A stretch of 64,000 nt of DNA from Candidatus Latescibacterota bacterium. Lineage in GTDB: Bacteria > Latescibacterota > UBA2968 > UBA8231. Shown one piece after another: positions 20,894-30,000 of the stretch. The translations under genes were made by a program, and so were the position numbers. The first letter of the stretch is position 1. Each line of letters opens with the position of its first letter. The notes below the pieces were generated by a model. It had not been told where the DNA came from and ran no database searches. It saw nothing but the letters and a program-made list of their open reading frames with translations. The stretch is from the NCBI GenBank assembly GCA_965197905.1, contig CBDAOB010000005.1:2432001-2496000 (forward strand), written 5' to 3'.

Positions 20894-21591
20894 ATCATTG
20901 TAAATAAAAAAGTTAGGAAACTATCTCCGGCATTGACGTGACGCAGTACGATCAGGGTTGCGTAGCTTGAACAGCTGCCTACCAGAGCGCCTGATGCCAA
21001 TTGCCCCAGGGAATGGGACTGCAGCGCCCACCTGGACCATCCCACGACGGGCAACGCCAGCGCCAGAGGCCAGAGACCGATGCCGCCCCCCGACATGAGG
21101 ATTGCAATGCCGGCGCTGACGCCCACCGCGTGGATGCTGATTTTCCACCGTCGATTGATCTGCCACACCAACAAAGCGTTGCCGCAGAAAACCGCTCCGG
21201 CTCCCAGCATGATGCCAGGCGCGCCGAAAAACGCCAACACCGGTATTCCCAGCAGATAGCAGCCGGCTCCCAGGAGCAATAGTGGCGAGCGCTGACTCCG
21301 ATCGACTGGATACAGCTCGGAGATATATCCTACGCCCCGCAGAGCGATGAGCACGACACCTGGTATAATACAATAGAATAAGACCCCGATCGCCGCCGCA
21401 CCCCATATCCCGCCCCTGAACCAGCCCAGCCCCATAAACACCACCAGGGCTACCATGGCGGGATTCAGCAGGTGCGACAGGAAGATAGCTGCGTGCCGGA
21501 CTCTCCGCCTAAGCAGAATATTCGTTTCTCCCTGCCCCAGCTCTGAATTCGGGTTCACCTGTTTCGAGCGGGGTTCTTCTTGCGTTTCCAT
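20890..21591 (-). CDS. PAP2-like membrane protein
   Basis: Multi-TM; KISIH and SR.....H..GQ motifs. Confidence 0.6.
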   Translation of the reverse strand: METQEEPRSKQVNPNSELGQGETNILLRRRVRHAAIFLSHLLNPAMVALVVFMGLGWFRGGIWGAAAIGVLFYCIIPGVVLIALRGVGYISELYPVDRSQRSPLLLLGAGCYLLGIPVLAFFGAPGIMLGAGAVFCGNALLVWQINRRWKISIHAVGVSAGIAILMSGGGIGLWPLALALPVVGWSRWALQSHSLGQLASGALVGSCSSYATLIVLRHVNAGDSFLTFLFTMI

Positions 21592-21606
21592 CTGGCGCAG
21601 AAATTT

Positions 21607-21635
21607 CTAAAGGAAAAGTCAGCCTGTACCGATAT
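21607..21635 (+). promoter_or_regulatory. Sigma28 (FliA) promoter of flagellin
   Basis: CTAAAG...ACCGATAT, with 16 nt between TAAA and the -10 box, upstream of fliC. Confidence 0.7.
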
Positions 21636-21875
21636 TAGGCATAGATATACTAAGTGGTATTGAGTTATTTTTAGATCGTGAATTTTGTATCTTTTAGTAT
21701 CGTGCATACCAAATAAGGCTTAATTTGTTGAAAATTAAACAGATACGTCCGAAGGAGGTGTCTTCGAAGAGCATTTCGTTGATTCAAGGTTTCTTGTAAC
21801 ACAGTAGACACAACCAAAGGGCATTTCTCGCCGGGTTCGCACACCTGGCCTGATCAAGGAAGAATCTAAACACTA

Positions 21876-21899
21876 ATTAGAAACAAGGAGGTTTCTAAT
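21876..21899 (+). promoter_or_regulatory. RBS hairpin (CsrA-type site) of flagellin
   Basis: ATTAGAAAC-AAGGAG-GTTTCTAAT: 9-bp stem with the SD (GGA) in the loop; stem includes AT of the ATG. Confidence 0.6.
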
Positions 21900-23094
21900 G
21901 CCATTAAGGGTAAATAATAACGTTGCGGCCATGAACGCTCGCCGCAGGCTCAACAACAACAACCGGGACCTGAATCTCCGCCTGGAGCGTCTGTCCTCGG
22001 GGTTGCGTGTGAACCGGGCAGCTGATGACGCAGCGGGTCTTTCGGTGCGGGAAGGCATGAGGGCCGAAATTAGCGGCCTGAAGATGAACGTCTTGAACGC
22101 CGAGCAAGGCAGCAACCTGCTCCAGGTTGCCGAGGGTTCGTTAAACGAGATCAGCGCCATGTTGATCCGCATGCGCGAGCTCGCAGTGCAATCCTCTTCT
22201 AGTACCATAAACGATCTCAACAGGGACTCGATCCAGGCTGAATATACCCAGTTGACGCAGGAAATCGACCGCATTTCACTGTCGACCACCTACAACGACC
22301 AGGTTTTGCTGACCGGTTTCGGGAATCAGGTCGATGACGCCCTGTCCAGTACCATAACCGCAAGCAACACCAGCGGGGTCCTCGATATCAAGGTTTCGGG
22401 TGCCAGCTCAGGCACCTACACCTTCCTCGATGACGGCGCTGGAAATGCGACCGGCAACGGTACGACAACAGACGACAGCGAGATTACGTTGGGTAACGGC
22501 ATCGTTAGTCAGACTATCCGTGTGGGCCAGCTTTTGGATAGCAACGCGGTTGCCACCGGAACTACCGTGGTAGCCAACTTCGATCGCCTCGGCATTCAGG
22601 TCACTCTCGCCGGACCCAACGTGCAGAATGCGACCGGCAGCTACCAGGACGGCAGCTTGAACGATCAAACGATCGTTGTCGGCGAAGGTACGGGCGGCTC
22701 CTTCCAGGTCGGACCTGACGACGGCATCAACAACCGGATCGAGGTCACCATCAATGATATGCGTGCGACGGGCAACATCCTGAACCTCACCCCGACCTCC
22801 GTGGCCACCCTAGATTCGGCGCGATCCGCCATAACCCAGATCGACCAGGCCGTTAACAAGGTCTCCAATCAGCGCGGCGACTTAGGTGCCTGGATGAATC
22901 GTTTGGCCTTTACCATTTCGTTCACCGAGAACGAGATCGAGAACATTCAAAACTCGGAGGCTGCTATCAGCGACGCTGACATCGCAGCCGAAGTAACCGC
23001 CTTCACGAGAGCTCAGATTCTCTCGCAGGCTGCGACTTCAATGCTGGCGCAGGCAAATATCATTCCACAAACGGCACTGTCCCTGCTCCAGTAA
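21898..23094 (+). CDS. fliC: Flagellin
   Basis: LERLSSGLRVNRAADDAAGL, RMRELAVQ, ISDADIAAE, MLAQAN. Confidence 0.97.
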   Translation: MPLRVNNNVAAMNARRRLNNNNRDLNLRLERLSSGLRVNRAADDAAGLSVREGMRAEISGLKMNVLNAEQGSNLLQVAEGSLNEISAMLIRMRELAVQSSSSTINDLNRDSIQAEYTQLTQEIDRISLSTTYNDQVLLTGFGNQVDDALSSTITASNTSGVLDIKVSGASSGTYTFLDDGAGNATGNGTTTDDSEITLGNGIVSQTIRVGQLLDSNAVATGTTVVANFDRLGIQVTLAGPNVQNATGSYQDGSLNDQTIVVGEGTGGSFQVGPDDGINNRIEVTINDMRATGNILNLTPTSVATLDSARSAITQIDQAVNKVSNQRGDLGAWMNRLAFTISFTENEIENIQNSEAAISDADIAAEVTAFTRAQILSQAATSMLAQANIIPQTALSLLQ

Positions 23095-23116
23095 TAAACA
23101 GTACTACACCTACACT

Positions 23117-23154
23117 ACGGCCAGGTGCGAAACTCTCGCACCTGGCTGTTTTTT
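23117..23154 (+). terminator. Rho-independent terminator after fliC
   Basis: ACGGCCAGGTGCGA-AACTC-TCGCACCTGGCTGT stem followed by a T run. Confidence 0.85.
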
Positions 23155-23208
23155 ATTATTGAGTCCCCCCACCGAAACCGAAGACGATGCCATTCCGGGG
23201 CGCCTCTC

Positions 23209-23634
23209 CTATCCCCACTTCTTACCGCTGGCGGCTCCCCGCTCGGTCTTGCCCTTGTCACCCTCTATGAGGAAACCCACAAACCTCTTCTGACCCAGCG
23301 TCTTGAGATAAGAAAGCAACGACACCTCCGCTTCCTTCCGATTGAGTTGATACTTCTTGCCCAGTCGTTCGATCATTTGAGCAACCGAGGTCTTTCCATT
23401 GCACATCTGCCAAACCTCGGTTCCAACTTCATCCAGCGTTATCTTGCGCTCCTGGGGTATGTAGAAAATCTTCGAGAGCAGGCGAACGCGCAGATTCTCC
23501 TGGCGTTCCACCATGATCACTACTTCCCCATCATCGTTTTCGTCCCAGGCAAGAGCTTCATTGCGCGCCGGTCGCGAGTTCAGCATTGCCTCGCGGCTCA
23601 GCTTCGGACTCTTCCGAGTGGCAAAGATACCCAT
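23209..23634 (-). CDS. PqqD-family (RRE) protein
   Basis: ITLDEVGTEVWQMCNGKTSVAQMIERL...LLSYLKTLGQKRFV winged-helix pattern. Confidence 0.8.
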   Translation of the reverse strand: MGIFATRKSPKLSREAMLNSRPARNEALAWDENDDGEVVIMVERQENLRVRLLSKIFYIPQERKITLDEVGTEVWQMCNGKTSVAQMIERLGKKYQLNRKEAEVSLLSYLKTLGQKRFVGFLIEGDKGKTERGAASGKKWG

Positions 23635-24568
23635 CCACCAATTGCTCCGTGATATCGCCGGAGGATTCCTTCTTCCGGTATAGGTAGTCTACAATACAGA
23701 TCTTGTTGGTTTCGGCGCAAATCCAGACGCGACCGTCCATGTACTGTCGAGGTCTGGGGCTGAGGAACGGCAGCGGACGCAGGAGCTGGCGCCAACGGCT
23801 TCTCGGCCTGCCGGTCACGTGTAATCCAGGGTGCCCCTTAACCGGTGTTTCCGAAATCTCGATTTTCAGATCGCGAAGATCCTTGCGAAAGAATTCCGGA
23901 TACCAATCCGTTAGCGACCGATCTTTGAGCAGCATGCTGGCCATGCTCAATCGCTGTATCCGGCACCCGAGCTTGCCTTTCTGAAACGAGAACTGGATGT
24001 GACCCGACTTCAACTCCTGTTTCTGCAGATCGAAGCCGAGCGGCGTGTGGAAATTGAAATCGAACACGGACCAATACTGGCGTTCGTCGTCGGAATGATC
24101 GCGCAGCGACCGAAATAGCTGCTGCACCTGCGACTCCATATGCTCATCGGGCCTGCACAAGATCCGCAACAAGACGATTCGCCCGCATTGGATGCAGCTC
24201 CGCGCCAGGTTGTATGCGCGGAAATCGGCATCCCAGGTAAAGACTTCATAGTCGTGGTGATCGAGCCAGGTCTTGTCTTTCAGGAACTTTGCGCGGCGTT
24301 GAACGGTCAGCGAGGTCCCCGTCTTGCGGGCTTTCTTTTCGAGCCCCTCGACGTAGCGGTCGACAATCTGTGATATGGGAGAAGGCCGTCTGGAGTTGCT
24401 TTTGGTATCGCGCCACTCCAGTTCGGCGCGGACGATCTCGGCGTCATCCAACCTTGCGTAGCCGCTCTTATGGTCGCCGGTGACGCGCCCGAGATTCCAG
24501 TCGCTGGGGACACTGAGGTACAGACCCTGCCAGGCGAAATCCGACCACTGGTTCTGCGTCGAAGCCAT
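23558..24568 (-). CDS. Hypothetical protein with two similar halves
   Basis: 336-aa ORF within the operon; FAWQGLYLSVPSDW resembles WSVFDFNFHTPLGF; C-x-x-C and terminal CH. Confidence 0.7.
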   Translation of the reverse strand: MASTQNQWSDFAWQGLYLSVPSDWNLGRVTGDHKSGYARLDDAEIVRAELEWRDTKSNSRRPSPISQIVDRYVEGLEKKARKTGTSLTVQRRAKFLKDKTWLDHHDYEVFTWDADFRAYNLARSCIQCGRIVLLRILCRPDEHMESQVQQLFRSLRDHSDDERQYWSVFDFNFHTPLGFDLQKQELKSGHIQFSFQKGKLGCRIQRLSMASMLLKDRSLTDWYPEFFRKDLRDLKIEISETPVKGHPGLHVTGRPRSRWRQLLRPLPFLSPRPRQYMDGRVWICAETNKICIVDYLYRKKESSGDITEQLVDGYLCHSEESEAEPRGNAELATGAQ

Positions 24569-24572
24569 GCGG

Positions 24573-26993
24573 TCAGAACAGCAGGACAGATACCGACTTC
24601 TGAATCAGTGCGATCGCAATCGAGGCCATGCCCATCAGCGCCATTCCACAGGCGAAACCGACCGCAAGCACTGGTGCATACTGGCGCCACTGCTGCTTGC
24701 CGAATCGATTCCAGAAGTAATAGCGCGCCAGCATGGCGCCGACAAACTCGGTGATCAACAGGTGCGGCATCGCGGTCAGCGAGCGAATCGCGCCGAATAT
24801 GATCAGAATCGGAAGGCCGGCCAGTGAGAGAAACACATAGGCTCCCAGACCGAATGCAGCTCCGACTGCAATGATATTCGGCTTGAGCGCGCGGAACAAC
24901 CAGGCTTCATCCGTCGATCGCTGTATCCAGGAGCTGGCAAACAGGGGGTCGGTGTCGGCCGCGAAGTAATAGGACCAGCCCGCGGGTAGCCCATCGGCCA
25001 CATCGGCGCCGAGACGAGGTCTTGCCTCCCTCATTGTGCCACCATCCGGTGGACCCAGCGCTGTCAGCTTGGGAAGATCCTGCACGAGCACGACGGTGCC
25101 CGGCTCCTCGTCTTCCGCGGTCACTTCGATGGGCTCGGGCACCTCCCGCGCCTCGCCGGAATCGTAGTGTGTGTAGAACGTCTCCGTCTTCGACCAGGGG
25201 CCGACCTTGCCCCTCTTGCCCTCCGAGTCCAGCCATTCCTGATCGACCAGGCGGACCCGCCAGTACCACCACTCATGCTCGATCAGATTGGACGGCGTCC
25301 ACGACGCGCTGGCGCGATTGTCGGCCACCTCCATCTCGCTGGTCATGGTTCCGGTAATAAACAGACATTGCTGGTACGCCCTTAAGCGCCAGACGAATTG
25401 GGCGTAGGGATACGAGGACGAGGGTATCGGAGCCAGCTTCCAGATATACGAGCCGTAGAGGAACGTGGAGGTGAGAATGATCGGCACCATGAATACTTCG
25501 GCGCGAATGATACTGGTGAACGTCGTACCGGTGAGTTCTATCTCGCGAAACTTCTGGGTCTGCGTGCCGTAGTTACCGAGGGGAAAGGGCACGAACCAGA
25601 TCTCGACCCCTTTGTACCCCGACAGGATCAAGGTCACTTCCTTCAAGAATGGAATATCCACCGCATGCCCCACGAGGCCAACGAGACGGGCGTTAACGAA
25701 GGATTGGAACGGCGTAAAGATGAATCCGAAAAACAGAAAGAACCACAGAAAATTGCCGAATCCGGGGAGGAATTGAGAGGCAATAATCACCAGAAGTGTA
25801 ACGCTGAGGGCGTAAAGGCCCAGCGCCACCCAGATTGGAAAATCACCCCGGCCCTTGGGAGCCGCAAAGCTACGTGGTCCACCACTCTCCAGGCTCCCGG
25901 CGCGGGCGGTACGCACGCTCTGGGCAACCTGGTAGATACCGATGAGGGCGATGGCAATGGTGGTCCCTATCCCGAAGCTCAGCCAGAAATCGACCAGATT
26001 CAGGAAGAAGGTGTCGATGGAGCCCATTCCCGGACGCCAGAGAGTCAGGAACCCTGCGTCGTGCAACAGTGGATTTGCGATGGCTGCCCCCACGATACCC
26101 AGGAAGGTCCCGACGACACCCCAAAAGGGCATCACCATTCCGGTAAATATGGGGCCTAAGTGCGCTGTGAAACCCAACGGCGTGGCGGGAATGAAGTTGC
26201 CGGTCACCTGCGTAAAATCGACCCACGGAATCGGGATGAGCTCGATCGGTTGTGTTAACAAAGCCCCCGAAATTGCCGGAATAGCTACGTACACGGCGCC
26301 GAACACAAGACCGATCATGGCTCCGGTGGAGAACACCCTCCAGCGCCAGGTATCTTCACCGGTAGTACTTTCGGCCAGAGCGATGGCGCCCTGGGCGGCT
26401 ACGGGGGCATACGGAAATGGAAGGCGCTCGTAGTCAGAATTGATCCGGAACAAAGTGTAGGCAACGGTGAACCAAGAGATGCGAGCAATCAGCACACCTG
26501 CAACCAGAATCACGATGGGCATGATCCAATCGCTGTGCAGAAAGGTCCTGGCGATGATGGCGGGTGAATCCGGGGGCGGGGCTACCCATGGAGGGATGAG
26601 TCTGGTTATACCGAACTGCTTTGCCGCCGGCGACTGCACCAGGTACTGGTTGTACATCAAACCGTCGAAGGTGCCGCTCTCGGCGGCAATCAACGCCGCT
26701 GCGACGTAATAGAGGAGATAGGTCTCCTGTCGCTTTAACGTCGTAAACGACCGCTTGATGACCTCGGCGAAGAGGATGATCGTCACCCACTCGGCCGCGG
26801 CTCCCAGCGAACCACCAATCATGAGGCTCAGGTACATGTTGCCCGGAACCATCACGAAGGAGACGAACAGGACCCCCAGAATGGCTTTGGTGGTGAAGCC
26901 ATTCTCGAACTCCGCGGGCGCCTCCATCAGGGCCCGATATTCTTCTAGCTCCGCGTTCGGATCTGGCTTCGAACCGCGGTTGCGTCCCAGCAT
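24573..26993 (-). CDS. OPT-superfamily-like peptide transporter with inserted soluble beta domain
   Basis: GFTTKAILG...PGNMYLSLMIG; ERLPFP; many TMs; insert containing WYWRVR...GPWS. Confidence 0.7.
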   Translation of the reverse strand: MLGRNRGSKPDPNAELEEYRALMEAPAEFENGFTTKAILGVLFVSFVMVPGNMYLSLMIGGSLGAAAEWVTIILFAEVIKRSFTTLKRQETYLLYYVAAALIAAESGTFDGLMYNQYLVQSPAAKQFGITRLIPPWVAPPPDSPAIIARTFLHSDWIMPIVILVAGVLIARISWFTVAYTLFRINSDYERLPFPYAPVAAQGAIALAESTTGEDTWRWRVFSTGAMIGLVFGAVYVAIPAISGALLTQPIELIPIPWVDFTQVTGNFIPATPLGFTAHLGPIFTGMVMPFWGVVGTFLGIVGAAIANPLLHDAGFLTLWRPGMGSIDTFFLNLVDFWLSFGIGTTIAIALIGIYQVAQSVRTARAGSLESGGPRSFAAPKGRGDFPIWVALGLYALSVTLLVIIASQFLPGFGNFLWFFLFFGFIFTPFQSFVNARLVGLVGHAVDIPFLKEVTLILSGYKGVEIWFVPFPLGNYGTQTQKFREIELTGTTFTSIIRAEVFMVPIILTSTFLYGSYIWKLAPIPSSSYPYAQFVWRLRAYQQCLFITGTMTSEMEVADNRASASWTPSNLIEHEWWYWRVRLVDQEWLDSEGKRGKVGPWSKTETFYTHYDSGEAREVPEPIEVTAEDEEPGTVVLVQDLPKLTALGPPDGGTMREARPRLGADVADGLPAGWSYYFAADTDPLFASSWIQRSTDEAWLFRALKPNIIAVGAAFGLGAYVFLSLAGLPILIIFGAIRSLTAMPHLLITEFVGAMLARYYFWNRFGKQQWRQYAPVLAVGFACGMALMGMASIAIALIQKSVSVLLF

Positions 26994-27049
26994 CTGCTAG
27001 GCTCCCTGGTCGTTCACACCAGCGGTGTGAGCACCGTTGCAGTTGAGCA

Positions 27050-30000
27050 TCACGTGGCAACTCCGACAGTCGTGTCGAGCATTTCCTGCCCTTGTCCTTC
27101 GTAGTTTTCCTTGGCCTCCGCATCGACGGTACGCCAGATAAGAAACTGTTTTCTAATCACGTTCATGAATCTCTGGTTTACCCGACGCCATGATGCGTCC
27201 TCCCCGCTCAGGCGCCGGATTTGCAGGGTGACCGTATAGATGTTGTGTAGGTCTTCGGGTGCTGCCTTGAATTTTACGTTTTGGCTCACCCCCAAATCGA
27301 ACGGAGCCAGCCATATATTCATGTCGATGAGATATCCGTCGCCGTTCGGCGTGGAAAAACGAGATAGCTTGGCGCCATCCGTATAGAAGGTGCCAATCGA
27401 CTCTTCGCTGTAGGAATCAAAGTACCCTATGAGAAAGACGCTGAGACCGAGAACCTCGTGGCCACTCACCGTGAAGGGGAAATCGAAGTTCCACTCATCG
27501 CCGTCTGGGGGCGGAAGCTTCCATTTGCGGGTGACGTCCGGCACCGCCATCTGTGAGGCCTTGCGCGCCGGATAGATCGTCGAAAGCATAACCACCGCCA
27601 TCACCAGCATACACGACATGACGGCCGAGAGCGAGGAGTAGTTCAGAGTGAGTCCGGACACCAGGTCGAGGGTGATCAGTACCTTGCCTACGAGTTGACC
27701 GACCAGATAACCGGCCACCACCCCAAGAACCGAATAAACACACGACTCGGCGATGAAGAGCCAGGCGATGTGTCCCGGAGCGAGCCCGACGGACGAATAG
27801 ATGCTGATCTCCCGGAACCGTTCGTAGACCGACCCCATCATGGTATTCAGAACGATAAGGGAGGCGATCAGAATCGGGATGAAGAGGTTGGCCAGACCGG
27901 AAAAGGAAGTGAGGCCCAGGGAGCTGTAGATGGAGACCTTTATGAAATCATTGTCTCCCTCTCGAATGCCGGCAAAAAGGGTGACGGCCAACCGCGAAAG
28001 GAACTCCTTGATCTCGACCACCACATCGACCCCGTCCTTGAATCGCACGCCAACCGACTGCAAGGGGTTCCCGCTACCCACGTTGCGCAGGGTGCGATGC
28101 GGAATGATGATGATGTTGGCAGGTTCCAGATGGACGAACGGTTTCACGACGACCTTGGCGTCTTCCAGTCCCTGTTTCTCCCGCTCCTCTTCCTCTGCCA
28201 TCTCCTCGACCGCCTGGCCTCCGGTTACGGCGAAGTCGGCGGGGGTCATCACCTCGTCATCCAGGTCTTTGAGCTCCTTCATCTTCTTGGAGTCGATGAC
28301 GCCGATCACCGTGAACTGCTCACCAAAGACTCGAATCTGGGTTTTTCCGACGGTGGCTATGTCGATATTGAGGTTGTCGACACCCAGCATATCATTCGGA
28401 AGGATGCAGACCTTTTCGTCCCCTTCCTCGAACCACCTGCCGGCGACCAGGGCCTGATTCAGTCCGGTGACGTTCCTCTCCTGCGGCGTCAGCCCCAAAA
28501 CCCCCAGGGCGTTATGGGAGTGAGGACCGTTCTTGAGCTTGATGTGCGCCTTCTCGTCGTTCTTATACCAGGACCGGGGCGCGACGGTTGCCAGCGCCTC
28601 GAAGTTGCTAGCGGCGTAGTCCAGCACCGACTCCTCCAGCGGTATCCACGCCTTGCTACGGATGAGGATGCCCTCGTAGAGCCCTTCGTTGTCGCGCTCA
28701 ATCTGGTTGAATCGCAGACTGGTCTGAATCGAGGTGAAGGACAAAACGGTAAAGGTCAGCAGCAGCAGCGTTAGAAATGTCAAGACGGTGCGGGTCTTGC
28801 GGCGTTTCATGTTGGAGATGCCCAACGCAAACGCGGTCATCGAGGCGCTGGAACGGCTGACGTCGGTATCGTGGATAACCGCTACCTCGGTTCGCAGTCG
28901 TTTCATCTGATCGTTGAAGCGACCCGATATGATAAACATCACCAGAATCGCCAGAGTCATGATCACAAACGCCAACAGAATTACAAACGGATTGGAGAGC
29001 TGAAAGGCTGGGTGCACGAGCGAGAGCACGGCCCAGATAGCGGCGAAGATCGACACAAAACCGATGATCTGGTTGCGAATGGTAGCCGCGGAAATGATCA
29101 GGCGCTCGGTGAAAAAGGCGCAGGGAAGCACCAACGCCATGAAAAAGATGATGCCGCGGACAACGTCGTCCTGCGTCGCTCGCACGTCGGGATAAGCGCG
29201 GGACTCGAGTCCGATAGCTGCTCTGGTGTGCCGCACGAATTCGCCCCAGCGCAGATCTTCGAGAGCGACGGCGGCGGAGTCGAATTCCGCCTTGGAACGG
29301 TTGTGCAGATTCTCGAGACGCTGATTCCGGATTCCAAAACTCTTGAGCTCACGCATGCGCGCCTCGTCCAGCGTCCACATATCCTTGGAGGCCTGAAAGG
29401 TGGTGCGTGCAAAGGAGGTCGCGCGGTTGATTTCGAATCCCTCGCCCTGGGCTTTCTCCTTGTCGGTAACGCTGGTCGAGTTGAGCAATAGATAGCGGAA
29501 CCCTGAAAGTCCCGCGCCGAACCCCATCTTTAGATTGGCCCCTGGTCGGGCGAAGAGCACCCCCACTGGCTCGTCTTTGGACGAAGGTCCCTCGCCAATG
29601 GTATATCCATATTCCACCGGCCAGCTGTTGCCTTCGTCGAAAACGCTCACTTCTGAGAGTTTGGTGAGGTAGCGGGGATCCACGATGTCGAAATAGTTAT
29701 AGGCGACGCAGGGGAAGAGGATCACCATCCACTCTTTGTCCCGCCAATCCATCTCAATCAACATCGGATAGGTCCAGTCTCCCTGAATACCGCGATCGGG
29801 AGCATAGGTAATCTGCCCACTGATGGGATCGGTGTAGTACCCTTCGATCTGAAGCTTCTTAACCCGGATTCGGTTCAGATAAAACATGCCAGTGTTGTCC
29901 ACCACTTCGAAATACTCACCCCGCACCCCTTTGTACGACTTGTTCTTGCCGTTGCGGACGGCGGCCACGGCGCCAGTCCGCGGAAGATCGGGCACGATGC

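Noticed and set aside
21640..21870. c-di-GMP riboswitch in the fliC leader
   Set aside because: I could not find the class I or class II consensus elements by eye.
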